Positions 40,305 through 50,529 are shown, counted from the first letter of the stretch. The stretch: 51,033 nucleotides of DNA from an uncultured bacterium (GCA_964632485.1 CAZWDO010000025.1:1-51033), one strand, 5' to 3'. The notes: generated by a model not told the origin, from the sequence alone. Numbers and translations are program-made.

Positions 40305-41309
40305 ATGATTACGCTTGCAGTTATTGGCTATGGTTATTGGGGACCAAATCTGGTTCGAAATTTTAATCGTCACCCGGATTGTCGTATTAAACGAGTGATC
40401 GATTTTAATCCTAAACGCCTTAAATTGGTGAATGAGTTGTATCCTGCCATTCAAACCGGAAATTCGGTTGATGAAATATGGCAGGACTCCGAGATTGATG
40501 CCGTGGTTATCGCCACTCCGGTTACTACCCACTATCCTTTTGCGCTCCAAGCGATTGAATCCGGTAAACATGTTCTGGTGGAAAAACCATTGACCTCATC
40601 TCGCATCCATTGTGAAGATTTAATCGACCGGGCTGAAAAGAAAGGCCGGGCGTTAATGGTGGATCACACATTTTTATATACTGGCGCCGTTCGACGGATC
40701 AAGAAATTAATTGATGATGGAGAAATCGGTGACATTCAATATTTTGATTCTACTCGCATCAATTTAGGACTTTTTCAGGAAGATGTCAATGTTGTTTGGG
40801 ATTTGGCCTGCCACGACATTTCCATTCTGAATTATCTGGTGAAGGAAAAGCCGGTGAGCGTTGTGGCTACGGGAGTAAGCCATCTGGGTAATAATATAGA
40901 AAATTTAGCTTATATCACTCTTCATTACGCGTCTAACCGCATTGCGCATTTTAACTGTTCCTGGGCATCACCCCTGAAAGTCAGAAAGATATTGATTGGC
41001 GGGACTAAAAAAATGATTGTTTTTGATGATATCGAACCCACTGAAAAAATTAAGATATATGATACCGGATTCAGTATCAACCCCGATGAAAAGGAACGAT
41101 TACTGGTGGATTATCGTACCGGCGATATCTATATCCCCAAAATTGAGCAGACTGAAGCTCTATCTCTGATGAGCCGTGATTTTATTGATGCAATTCTGAA
41201 GAAAAAGGAACCTGTATCGAACTGGAAAACCGGATTACAGGTGGTGTCAATTCTGGAAGCGGCGCAGCAATCGATCAAAAAAAATGGGATGGAGGTACAA
41301 CTTTCATGA
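40305..41309 (+). CDS. Gfo/Idh/MocA oxidoreductase (WbpB/WlbA-like)
   Basis: IGYGYWG, IATP, HVLVEKP, WDLACHD. Confidence 0.88.
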   Translation: MITLAVIGYGYWGPNLVRNFNRHPDCRIKRVIDFNPKRLKLVNELYPAIQTGNSVDEIWQDSEIDAVVIATPVTTHYPFALQAIESGKHVLVEKPLTSSRIHCEDLIDRAEKKGRALMVDHTFLYTGAVRRIKKLIDDGEIGDIQYFDSTRINLGLFQEDVNVVWDLACHDISILNYLVKEKPVSVVATGVSHLGNNIENLAYITLHYASNRIAHFNCSWASPLKVRKILIGGTKKMIVFDDIEPTEKIKIYDTGFSINPDEKERLLVDYRTGDIYIPKIEQTEALSLMSRDFIDAILKKKEPVSNWKTGLQVVSILEAAQQSIKKNGMEVQLS

Positions 41310-41797
41310 ATATGCTAAATATTGAATCTGATCGACAAGTTCTGAAAAATGTAATGGTAGGCAAAGATGTAAAAATATTTAATTTTGTAAATGCCTACGG
41401 GTGCATAATTGGCGATAATACAAAAGTTGGCAGTTTCGTAGAAATTCAAAAAGGCGCTGAGATTGGAGCTAACTGCAAGATTTCCAGTCATACTTTTATC
41501 TGTGAAGGCGTTCATATTGGCGACCATGTTTTCATTGGCCACAATGTATCTTTTATCAACGATAAATATCCCCGCGCGGTCAATGAGGATGGTTCGCTTC
41601 AATCGGAAAGCGATTGGGCGGTAGTTGAAACTATTGTGGAAGATGGGGCGTCCATCGGGACCAGCGTAACAATCCTTTGTGGTATCCGTATCGGTAAAGA
41701 CGCCATTATCGGCGCCGGGTCGGTAATTACCAGAGATGTTCCACCTAAAGCAGTGGTTGTCGGTAATCCGGCTCGAATCATCCGCTATTTAGACTAA
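41306..41797 (+). CDS. Hexapeptide-repeat sugar N-acetyltransferase (WbpD/WlbB-like)
   Basis: CKISSHTFICEGV, FINDKYPR, GAGSVITRDVP, GNPAR. Confidence 0.9.
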   Translation: MNMLNIESDRQVLKNVMVGKDVKIFNFVNAYGCIIGDNTKVGSFVEIQKGAEIGANCKISSHTFICEGVHIGDHVFIGHNVSFINDKYPRAVNEDGSLQSESDWAVVETIVEDGASIGTSVTILCGIRIGKDAIIGAGSVITRDVPPKAVVVGNPARIIRYLD

Positions 41798-41816
41798 ACA
41801 AGAAAGAGAGTGATAT

Positions 41817-42920
41817 ATGAATAAAATTCCCTTTATGGACCTTTCCCGGCAATATCAATCAATTAAGGCTGAGATTTTACCTGCTTTGGAAATGGTTTGC
41901 GAGAAAACCGCTTTTTCCAGCGGGCCATTTGTCGATCAATTTGAAGGAGAATTCGCATCTTATTGCAACGCTGATTATTGCGCTGGCGTCAACAGCGGTA
42001 CCTCCGCTCTTCATCTGGCGTTGCTGGCATTAGGCATCGGTTCATGCGATGAGGTTATTGTCCCGGCGAATACCTTCGTTGCCACGGCTTGGTCGGTCTC
42101 TTATACCGGCGCCACACCGGTTTTTTGCGATTGCGATGGTGAGACCTGGAACATAGATTCACAATCAGCCGAATCAAAAATTACTTCCCGTACAAAAGCA
42201 ATTATCGGCGTCCATCTTTATGGCCAGCCCTTTAATGTTGATGCTATATCGAGGCTTTGTAAAAAGAATTATTTGTTTATGCTGGAAGACTGCGCGCAAA
42301 GCCAGGGAGCGGAATTCAATGGAGAGCGCGTCGGTGTTTTTGGCGAGATGGGTTGTTTCAGCTTTTATCCGGGTAAAAATCTGGGAGCTTACGGCGAAGC
42401 TGGAGCGGTTATTAGTATGAAAAAAGAGTATATCGACCATATCAAACGGTTGCGGAACCATGCCTCGGCAGTTCGCTATTATCATGATGAACTGGGTTTT
42501 AATATGCGCATGGATGGTTTCCAGGGAGCCGTGTTGAGTGTTAAGCTGAAATATTTGTCTGCCTGGAATCAACGGCGCCGGGAAATCGCAAAAAAATATC
42601 AATTGGGAATCACAAATCCCGCCGTTAAAATGCAGAAACAACCCGAATGGGCGCGTTCTGTCTATCATCTCTTTGTGGTAATTGTGGACAACCGGGAACG
42701 ATTTATGAACTATTTGGAGGAGAAAGGCATTCAATGCGGATTGCATTATCCGGTACCCTGCCATTTACAAAAGGCATATTCGGGCTTAGGCTACCAGCCA
42801 GGTTCACTTCCGAATGCTGAATATCTCGCTAACCATTGTGTCTCGTTGCCCATGTTCCCCGAATTGAGAGATGCCGAAATTGAATCGGTTGTTGCCCATA
42901 TCAATAGTTTCCAGGGATAA
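41817..42920 (+). CDS. DegT/DnrJ/EryC1/StrS sugar aminotransferase (WbpE/WlbC-like)
   Basis: NSGTSAL, VHLYGQ, EDCAQ, SFYPGKNLGAYGEAG, HYPVP. Confidence 0.94.
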   Translation: MNKIPFMDLSRQYQSIKAEILPALEMVCEKTAFSSGPFVDQFEGEFASYCNADYCAGVNSGTSALHLALLALGIGSCDEVIVPANTFVATAWSVSYTGATPVFCDCDGETWNIDSQSAESKITSRTKAIIGVHLYGQPFNVDAISRLCKKNYLFMLEDCAQSQGAEFNGERVGVFGEMGCFSFYPGKNLGAYGEAGAVISMKKEYIDHIKRLRNHASAVRYYHDELGFNMRMDGFQGAVLSVKLKYLSAWNQRRREIAKKYQLGITNPAVKMQKQPEWARSVYHLFVVIVDNRERFMNYLEEKGIQCGLHYPVPCHLQKAYSGLGYQPGSLPNAEYLANHCVSLPMFPELRDAEIESVVAHINSFQG

Positions 42921-42965
42921 TTTTAGTTTTGCAACTTTTTAACTGAATTTGGAACTGAGGGTTTT

Positions 42966-43958
42966 TCAGCGGTTTTTGTTTAAAATTCCAACTAAAAATC
43001 CGCATACCCACGAAAGTTGCATGCTGGAAAAGAGTAATGGTAAAGTTGGTATAAATTGATAATGCTTTTTTTTAAACCCTGTAAATAGTGACGCCAAAAT
43101 TAAATATATCAGATAAAATAAGCATACTAATAATAAACTTAGAAAGCATATACTATTAAAAATAGCCAGGATTGCCAGAATCCCGGTCGCTAAGAAAAGA
43201 ATTGCGGGTAATAAATGGATCCATTTCCATGCGTCCGGATGTTTTTTAATAACGTTCACACGCAGGATGCCGTAATTAAAAAACTGTCGGATAAAGCGTT
43301 CAAGTGTGGCTCGGGGATAATACCACGTAATAATATCCGGCGAAAACCAGATTTTATACCCGGCCTTGCGTATCCGCCAATTGAATTCGGCGTCTTCAGA
43401 AATTCGCAATTCTTCATCGAAATAGCCGATCTCATCAAATAATGAACGGTGGTAAGCAGCATAAACTACCGTATCGACATACCCTGCGGTTTGTGAAAAG
43501 CGGTAAGGCGCGCTGGGGATTCCCCAGCGGGAACTCATTGCCAGGCCAATCGCTTTTTGCCAGTAGGTTAATCCCTCATTATATTGGGTTCCTCCCACAC
43601 ATTTTACGTCCTTTTCGCGCATATAGCGTGTATTTAATTCGATAAACCGTTTATCCACCCGCGTGTGCGCTCCAAGGATAATGATAATTTCACCGGAAGC
43701 GAGGCGCGCTCCGATATTTAGCGCAACTGGAGTTCGTTTTTGCGGATTGTCGGCTATTATTAACCGGCTATGATGTTTTTGTAAGGCCTGGATTTTTTCT
43801 CGTGTCCCATCGTCCGAAATACCATCCACTACGATAATTTCAATTTTTTCTTTAGGATAGGTCTGTTCGATCAATGATTGGATACATATTTCAATAAAAT
43901 TAAACTCATTGCGGCAGGGAATAACAACGGATATTATAGGCTGCTCAGTAGTTAGCAT
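42966..43958 (-). CDS. GT2 glycosyltransferase (ExoA-like)
   Basis: VVIPCRNE, VDGISDDGT, GYVDTV, SEDAEFNWR; SD AAGGAG before ATG 43958. Confidence 0.9.
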   Translation of the reverse strand: MLTTEQPIISVVIPCRNEFNFIEICIQSLIEQTYPKEKIEIIVVDGISDDGTREKIQALQKHHSRLIIADNPQKRTPVALNIGARLASGEIIIILGAHTRVDKRFIELNTRYMREKDVKCVGGTQYNEGLTYWQKAIGLAMSSRWGIPSAPYRFSQTAGYVDTVVYAAYHRSLFDEIGYFDEELRISEDAEFNWRIRKAGYKIWFSPDIITWYYPRATLERFIRQFFNYGILRVNVIKKHPDAWKWIHLLPAILFLATGILAILAIFNSICFLSLLLVCLFYLIYLILASLFTGFKKKHYQFIPTLPLLFSSMQLSWVCGFLVGILNKNR

Positions 43959-45111
43959 CTTTACTCCTTGAGGAATTAAATAGAGCATTGTAAAATTCTA
44001 TCAGCTTCTTTCCTTCATTTTGCCAGTTGAAATTTTCCAGTACTGCGATACGGCCATTAGTACCCATTTTTTTTGCTTCTCTCATATTGTCAAGGAGATA
44101 TTCCATTGCGTCGGCAATGGCCTTCACATCCAGAGGATTGACATGCAGGCCCGCCCGGTATTTTTGTATGAAGGATCTGTATAATGGAATATCGGAAGCA
44201 ATGACCGGAATGCCGGCAACCATGTATTCGAATATTTTTACGTTATATGAAATTGAATTGTAGATTGTCGGATGTACTGTGACTAAACCTGCAAATGCCT
44301 GGGACAGTTCTGCCGGTATATGCCCGTGGGGGATACGTCCAGTTAGTAGTATTGCTTCTTGAAGCTGATGCTTTTCAATATAAGATTTTATCAATTGATA
44401 AGTAGCTTCATCGGAGAAGGGTCCAATGATTTTTAAACAAACTCTTTTTCCATTGTTAAGTAATTTTTCAATAGCCTGTATGTCTTCCATTATCCCTCTG
44501 GAGAGGTCAACTTCCCCAATATAGATAAATTTTTTACACTCTGAATTATCAATAATTTTATTAAGGGGAAATAGCTCGAGCGGGGGAAAATTTTTTATTT
44601 CAATTTTTAATTTTTTATAATTTCTATATTGTAAAGTAATATCCGGAACAGCAAAAATAAATGCATCGATAAAATGGGATGACAAATGCTCAATCATTCT
44701 GAAAATGAAATAAACGAATTGACGCAAATAACCTGGAATCCACTCTTTTGTCAATATCAGCTTATGATAATTTTCGTGAAAATCTTTAATGATAGGCCGG
44801 TGGGATATTAATTTCAACACGATGGCCCAGGGATAGAATTCAGGATCATGAAAGTGATAGGCATTCGCGCGGCAGCGAATGGCTTTCCATAATGCCAGGG
44901 CATTATTACGGAAAAATCGGACCAGTTTATTCCCGGCGACGGGCAGGGCATGAATGCGAATCCCGTCGATGACGGTATCTGCTTGCGCTAAACCAATAAG
45001 ATCGATATCGAATCCATTTTCTTTAAGTGTCCGGGCCTCCTTGTAGAAGATACGGTCATCCAATGCCTGATGTACTGTTGTGATAATGCAGATTCGCGAC
45101 ATGGATTTCAT
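43945..45111 (-). CDS. GT4 glycosyltransferase
   Basis: HQALDDRIFYKE, HFHDPE, DFHE, KIFEYMVAGIPVIASD. Confidence 0.9.
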   Translation of the reverse strand: MKSMSRICIITTVHQALDDRIFYKEARTLKENGFDIDLIGLAQADTVIDGIRIHALPVAGNKLVRFFRNNALALWKAIRCRANAYHFHDPEFYPWAIVLKLISHRPIIKDFHENYHKLILTKEWIPGYLRQFVYFIFRMIEHLSSHFIDAFIFAVPDITLQYRNYKKLKIEIKNFPPLELFPLNKIIDNSECKKFIYIGEVDLSRGIMEDIQAIEKLLNNGKRVCLKIIGPFSDEATYQLIKSYIEKHQLQEAILLTGRIPHGHIPAELSQAFAGLVTVHPTIYNSISYNVKIFEYMVAGIPVIASDIPLYRSFIQKYRAGLHVNPLDVKAIADAMEYLLDNMREAKKMGTNGRIAVLENFNWQNEGKKLIEFYNALFNSSRSKDANY

Positions 45112-46298
45112 GGCTTCATCTCCAATACCTGATCATAAAGAATGCTGAGACGCGCCATTTGATGCCGCCACAAATAACTGCGGTACACTTTCGCTTTACC
45201 CCGTGATCCGATTGATCTCGCCAGGTTTTGGTCAGAGAGCAATATCCTCATGGTGTGAATTAACGCGTTGATATCCTGCGGTTCAACCAGATATCCGTTA
45301 TTTCCGCTTTCAATTACGTCGCTGATCCCCTGTCCGCTGCAGGCAATGACCGGTTTGGACATGGCCATGGCCTCCAGATAAACGATGCCGAATCCTTCTT
45401 CATAGCTGGGGAGAACAAATATATCGGCTTCCGCCATTCGCCGCATCGCCTGATCTTGGGGCAAAGAACCGGTAAATTCTACCTGATTCCGTAAACCCAG
45501 TTCATCAGTCAGCAATTCAAGGGGGTTCCGTTCTTCACCGTCGCCGATAATCACATAACGTAAGGGGAATTCACCCAGTTTGGCCATGGCCTGCAATACG
45601 AATCGATGCCCTTTGATCGCTTTGAGCTGACCCAACGATATTAAGGTTCTGTTTTTTTTATGGAAGATAGGCGGCGTTGGCGGGATTTTTTTGGCATCGA
45701 TTCCGTTTCCGATAACAATTTGCCGCGTATGTGGAATTTCCGGATAAAATTGCCGGAGATTTCGCTGCAGTTTAGCGCTGACTAATATTATTTTATCAGC
45801 GGCCGCTAAGCTTTCTCCAATCGCGCTGAAACAGTATCGATTTTGATGGAGCCGATGTTGCAGATCATCGCCATGAATTGTGACCACATGGGGTATTTTC
45901 AAATCCCGATGGAGCATCATGGCGGCGTAACCGTCCGGTAATGCCGTATGCGCGTGAATGATCTCAAAATGTTCTTCGTCATGCAGTTTTTTCGCTAAAG
46001 AGCGGATCGCTTTATAGTACCATGTTCCGGTTTTATGATAAGCAAAGCCCCGGGGAAAAAACAGCGTATGGGGATGATAAACCTGGATCCCTTCCATTTC
46101 CAATTTGGCGGGTACTTGATTGAGCAATTTCCATTTCGAGTTGATTGATCCGCCTCCGAGGGGTACCCAGGGTATGGGAGATATGACGATTATTTGATGC
46201 CCCAAAGATTGCAGCGCCCTGCATTGATCGAGTACGAACACTCCGCTGATCGGGTCGTGGGGGAGGGGGAACATGTGCGATAATATTAATATTTTCAT
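45108..46298 (-). CDS. GT4 glycosyltransferase (TuaC-like)
   Basis: GVFV..Q, HAH..LPDG, TIHG, EGFGIVYLEAMAM. Confidence 0.9.
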   Translation of the reverse strand: MKILILSHMFPLPHDPISGVFVLDQCRALQSLGHQIIVISPIPWVPLGGGSINSKWKLLNQVPAKLEMEGIQVYHPHTLFFPRGFAYHKTGTWYYKAIRSLAKKLHDEEHFEIIHAHTALPDGYAAMMLHRDLKIPHVVTIHGDDLQHRLHQNRYCFSAIGESLAAADKIILVSAKLQRNLRQFYPEIPHTRQIVIGNGIDAKKIPPTPPIFHKKNRTLISLGQLKAIKGHRFVLQAMAKLGEFPLRYVIIGDGEERNPLELLTDELGLRNQVEFTGSLPQDQAMRRMAEADIFVLPSYEEGFGIVYLEAMAMSKPVIACSGQGISDVIESGNNGYLVEPQDINALIHTMRILLSDQNLARSIGSRGKAKVYRSYLWRHQMARLSILYDQVLEMKP

Positions 46299-47104
46299 AA
46301 ATCCGCTTCCAGTTCTTCAATCGCCTGAGTATAATTGCAAAAGGTATATCCTTTTTCAATCATATACATAATAGACTCTTCATACCATTGTTTAAATGAT
46401 GCATCGCCGTGATTATAGTAACGATCATGAAACAAAAAGGTTAAGTAGCGGAAATTACTTTCATTAGCCTTGTCAATTTTTGATTGAGTTTGTTTAATTA
46501 TTTGGCGGATCGGTTTTTTCTGGTACCGTCCCTGTTCGAAAATTTCATAGACATCCATGATATGAAGCGGAAACTCCCACATTTTATGGATGCGGTAACA
46601 GTCCACCCACTCATCGTACGATGAATCAAACATATACCCTAATTGCGCTAATTTTCCCAGGGTTGCTTCGTCCCGGCGCAGGTAATGCATTCGGATTCCA
46701 ATTTTTCCCTGCCTGCTGATTTGTTGAAACGTCTCCAGTTCTTCTTGCATGATCGCAATATTTTGGTGTTCAATTCCGTGTATTCCAACCTCGGCGCCGA
46801 GTTCCTTCAATCGGGGAATCCAAAAATTGACCCATGATATCGGATATGCCAACCCCTCTCCTTTTCGAACTGCGATAAAGAATGTGGACGGTATGCCCAT
46901 CTTTTTATTAAATGTAATAACGTTTTCTAAATGCTGCCATTGTTGGGTGAAAAGGTTCAGCCAGCGGTTGAAAAACTCGGTTGTGGGGATGGCTCCGTGA
47001 ATCCATTCCAGCATGCTACGGAGTTTGTATTTGGGAATAATCAAGTCAGCGCGGTGTTCCCATAATGTTAAATGGTCAATATCATGCGATACAATAATTT
47101 TCAT
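46295..47104 (-). CDS. Polysaccharide deacetylase (CE4/NodB)-like protein
   Basis: SHDID, STFF, EVGIHG, RMHYLR, FDSS, EFPLHIMD, LFH; ATG 47104 overlaps upstream stop (TAATG). Confidence 0.72.
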   Translation of the reverse strand: MKIIVSHDIDHLTLWEHRADLIIPKYKLRSMLEWIHGAIPTTEFFNRWLNLFTQQWQHLENVITFNKKMGIPSTFFIAVRKGEGLAYPISWVNFWIPRLKELGAEVGIHGIEHQNIAIMQEELETFQQISRQGKIGIRMHYLRRDEATLGKLAQLGYMFDSSYDEWVDCYRIHKMWEFPLHIMDVYEIFEQGRYQKKPIRQIIKQTQSKIDKANESNFRYLTFLFHDRYYNHGDASFKQWYEESIMYMIEKGYTFCNYTQAIEELEADL

Positions 47105-48069
47105 TAAAAATACGCTCGCTTTTTTAGTTTTAAACCCAGCTCCAATGGCCACCAGGCCCGGCTGATGCGATAATAGGTTTTAAATTCTCCGCCAAAACTT
47201 CGGAAATAGTGTTCGATTGAGGGGATCATTGATCCTTCAAAATCAAAGATTTTTAATCCCATCTCCCGGGCATGGGTGATCGCCTGCCAAACTGAGAGCG
47301 GTCCGGCTCCGTGGTGGATTTGGGCGGCGTTATACCCCCCCAGTAGGTAATAGGCCTGATTTTGATCAAAGAGGATAAAACAGGTGACTAACGGCGTCTG
47401 ATCCTGGTAAGTGGTGTACGCATAGCTATTATTTTGATTCGCAAATTGAAATAGTATCCGATCCAGTAACTTCATTTCCAGAGTTTTAGACTGCCGGGAA
47501 AAGGTTGATTCGACTAAGTGCCTGACCACATGATTGTCCCGGGTTAACTCGACATGCAGCCCATCCTTTTCGGCCTTACGGATACTATTGCGACGGTCAT
47601 CGCTCATCGCTCGCCAAATCGGGTCGGAAGTCTGAGTTAAATCAATTCTGTAAGTGGTTTCCGGAGTCGCATGAAAGCCGGACCAGATGAATGGTTGACA
47701 ATCAGTATGCTCTGGATTAAGCGAAAAAAAACTGATTGCCGGGTTGAGCCGTTTTATCTGTTCAGCAGTCAAACGGGCGAGTTCTTTTTGCTTATTAAGA
47801 AGTGAAAGAGGTTTGGTGGTTTTGTAGTCCATAAAAGGGCCAATATAGGGTGTATAGGGAGGATTGCGAAGTATCCTCAATCCACATTTTTTCTGTTCAT
47901 AAAGGCACAATCCCCCGTTCAAATCACCATTTTTTCCGATAAATCCAAAATAACGGACTCGGTCATCGTAGATATTTAGCCATTCCCTTGATTGAAAAAT
48001 TGTTCCAAATTGGTGGGCCAATTGATAATAGGCTGGCAACTGTTCTTGACTGAGTTCTTCGATTTTCAT
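47104..48069 (-). CDS. FemAB-like / tandem GNAT acyl- or aminoacyl-transferase
   Basis: TIFQSREWL, PPYTPYIG, TYRIDL, RRNSIRKAEK, AYYLLGG, FDFEGS, FRSFG. Confidence 0.8.
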   Translation of the reverse strand: MKIEELSQEQLPAYYQLAHQFGTIFQSREWLNIYDDRVRYFGFIGKNGDLNGGLCLYEQKKCGLRILRNPPYTPYIGPFMDYKTTKPLSLLNKQKELARLTAEQIKRLNPAISFFSLNPEHTDCQPFIWSGFHATPETTYRIDLTQTSDPIWRAMSDDRRNSIRKAEKDGLHVELTRDNHVVRHLVESTFSRQSKTLEMKLLDRILFQFANQNNSYAYTTYQDQTPLVTCFILFDQNQAYYLLGGYNAAQIHHGAGPLSVWQAITHAREMGLKIFDFEGSMIPSIEHYFRSFGGEFKTYYRISRAWWPLELGLKLKKRAYF

Positions 48070-48327
48070 GTCTATATTTAATATTTTCGGCGGTGAAAGT
48101 CAAGGATTAATTGAAGAGCTGCTTTTTTTTATTATAAAAAATCTATTGACTTTTTGTCATTTTTATATTATGAATGATAAATTAGTCTGTTTGACCCATG
48201 AATTTTAGCATGGGTCCGGGATTCATCGCTCGATGGAATCGCAAGAATGTTGTATGGATGGACTCCTGTGGGACAGGAATCCGGGATTCAGGTATTATTA
48301 ACTCTTTCGATAGAAAGGAACAGTCCA

Positions 48328-49947
48328 ATGCATAAAATGACTGCAGCTCAAGCGCTGGTCCGCAGCTTGGAAGCGGAAGGCGTGGATTTGGTGTTTGGTT
48401 ACCCGGGTGGAGCGATTCTGCCGGTTTTCGATGCGTTGCGCGAGTCCGCTATTCATCATGTGTTGGTGCGCAACGAGCAGGGCGCAGGCCACGCCGCCAA
48501 CGGTTTTGCCCGTGTCAGCGGCAAGGTTGGTGTGGCAATTGTTACCTCGGGACCCGGGGCGACTAATGTGATTACTGGTATTGCTACAGCCTATATGGAT
48601 TCGATTCCCCTGGTTGTGATTACCGGCCAGGTCAATTCCACCCTGATTGGACGCGATGTGTTTCAGGAGGTTGACATTACCGGAGCGACCGAACCCTTTA
48701 CCAAGTACAATTACTTGGTGAAAAATCCCCAGGATATTCCGCGTGTTGTAAAAGAAGCCTTTCATATTGCCCGCACGGGCCGACCTGGCCCCGTTTTGAT
48801 CGATGTCCCCCGGGATGTCGCCGAAACGATGATTGCCTATAATTATCCGGAAACTGTTGAACTTCGCGGTTATAAGCCTACGGTCGCTGGTCATCCCAAC
48901 CAGATCAAAAAAATGCTGAAAGCATTGGAGTCGGCTCAGCATCCGGTCATCTGCGTGGGTGGTGGCATGATCAGCAGTAATGCTTCAAATGAACTGCTGA
49001 TCGTGGCAGAACGCTTTAAAATACCGGTGGTGACGACGTTGATGGGTATTGGCGCATTCCCGGCCTCTCATCCTCTTTTTTTGGGTATGGTGGGTTCCCA
49101 TGGCGCGGAAATCGCCAATAAAGCGCTCCATCATAACGATTTACTGATTATTATCGGCGCCCGGCTGGGAGATCGCGCCTTTGGCAAATGGGGCGGGATT
49201 ACTAAAAATATTCAACTGGTGCATATCGATATCGACCCGGCTGAAATCGGGAAAAATGTTGGAACTCAGATTCCCATCGTCGGCGATATCAAAAATGTAT
49301 TGAGCCAAGTAATTGAAATCCAGGCGACTCCTGTTTTTACAAAATGGCATGAGATGATCAATGAATGGAAAAAGCAGGCGATAGCTCCTGAATGCGTTTC
49401 TCCGCTTGACATTCGTTGCCTGCTGGAACGTTTGGGAAAAATGGCGGGACCCGATGCGATCGTAGTAACCGATGTCGGACAACATCAGATTTGGGCTGGG
49501 CGCTACTATCCTATCGAAAAACCGCGGACTTTTTTGACTTCCGGGGGTCTCGGTACGATGGGCTATGGCTTGCCTGCCGCGATTGGCGCACAGAAAGCCG
49601 CTCCCGGACGCACGGTGATTCTGGTAACCGGCGATGGGTCGATCCAAATGAATCTGGCAGAATTGGCGACTATGCGCCAGGAAAATCTTCCCCTGAAAAT
49701 TCTCCTTTTCAATAACAATTGCCTTGGCATGGTCCGTGAACTCCAGCAAATATTTTGTGAATCCCGTTACTTTGCTACCGATATCTCTTTTAATCCTGAT
49801 TTTCAAAAACTCGCCGAAGCGTATCGGATGCGGTCGATTTTTATTGAAAATGAAGTGGAAGTAGAATCGGCTATGCAATCCATGCTGAACGAACCGGGTA
49901 GCTGTTTATGCGAAGTTCTAATTAATAACCGGTTGAATACTATCTAA
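48328..49947 (+). CDS. ilvB: Acetolactate synthase large subunit
   Basis: [67 protein letters not shown] supports ATG 48328 rather than 48247. Confidence 0.96.
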   Translation: MHKMTAAQALVRSLEAEGVDLVFGYPGGAILPVFDALRESAIHHVLVRNEQGAGHAANGFARVSGKVGVAIVTSGPGATNVITGIATAYMDSIPLVVITGQVNSTLIGRDVFQEVDITGATEPFTKYNYLVKNPQDIPRVVKEAFHIARTGRPGPVLIDVPRDVAETMIAYNYPETVELRGYKPTVAGHPNQIKKMLKALESAQHPVICVGGGMISSNASNELLIVAERFKIPVVTTLMGIGAFPASHPLFLGMVGSHGAEIANKALHHNDLLIIIGARLGDRAFGKWGGITKNIQLVHIDIDPAEIGKNVGTQIPIVGDIKNVLSQVIEIQATPVFTKWHEMINEWKKQAIAPECVSPLDIRCLLERLGKMAGPDAIVVTDVGQHQIWAGRYYPIEKPRTFLTSGGLGTMGYGLPAAIGAQKAAPGRTVILVTGDGSIQMNLAELATMRQENLPLKILLFNNNCLGMVRELQQIFCESRYFATDISFNPDFQKLAEAYRMRSIFIENEVEVESAMQSMLNEPGSCLCEVLINNRLNTI

Positions 49948-49964
49948 TGGAAAGGAGTTGAATA

Positions 49965-50444
49965 ATGAAACATATACTGGCGGTGTTAGTTGAAAACCAT
50001 GCGGGAGTCCTTTCGAAGGTTTCTGGCCTGTTCAGCCGTCGCGGGTTCAATATCGACAGTCTGGCCGTCGGCCCGACTGACGACGCAAAGCTTTCCCGCA
50101 TGACCATTGTCGTCGATGCTGATGAAGGTTTTATTGAGCAGGTAACCAAGCAATTGAACAAACTGATCGATGTCATCAAAGTTGTCGATATTACCCAGGA
50201 TTCAATTGCCCGCGAATTGATCCTGGTAAAAGTTCATGCGTCCGCCGCTAAACGCAAGGATATCATAGAATTGGCGCTGGTTTATCAAGCGACAATTATC
50301 CATGTAACCAAACAAAGCATCACTTTGAGTCTGAGCGATCAACCCCGTCGTCTGCAGAATTTTCTGGATATCATGCGGGAGTTCGGGATTAAAGAGATTG
50401 TCAGAACCGGTGTTGTCGCCGTAGAATACGCGGATAATCAATAA
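49965..50444 (+). CDS. ilvN: Acetolactate synthase small regulatory subunit
   Basis: LVENHAGVL..VSGLFSRRGFNIDSL, KQLNKLIDV, RELILVKV, RTG. Confidence 0.96.
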   Translation: MKHILAVLVENHAGVLSKVSGLFSRRGFNIDSLAVGPTDDAKLSRMTIVVDADEGFIEQVTKQLNKLIDVIKVVDITQDSIARELILVKVHASAAKRKDIIELALVYQATIIHVTKQSITLSLSDQPRRLQNFLDIMREFGIKEIVRTGVVAVEYADNQ

Positions 50445-50480
50445 AAGTCCAAAAAAAATGAGGCATAAAGAAAAAAACTA

Positions 50481-50508
50481 TTGACAAAATCTGAAAAAAG
50501 TATATATT
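50481..50508 (+). promoter_or_regulatory. sigma70 promoter of tRNA-tuf operon
   Basis: A-rich upstream tract, TTGACA, 16 nt, TATATT, 21 nt before the first tRNA. Confidence 0.7.
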
Positions 50509-50529
50509 TAGTAGCCTATTTGAAAATAG

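Noticed and set aside
48198-48335. 45-codon upstream ORF as attenuator peptide for ilvB
   Set aside because: Not enriched in Ile/Leu/Val, no SD and no terminator U-tract
48298-49878. Long minus-strand ORFs (214 aa, 245 aa)
   Set aside because: Antisense shadows of ilvB with no motifs; the same applies to 42174-42764 and other nested ORFs
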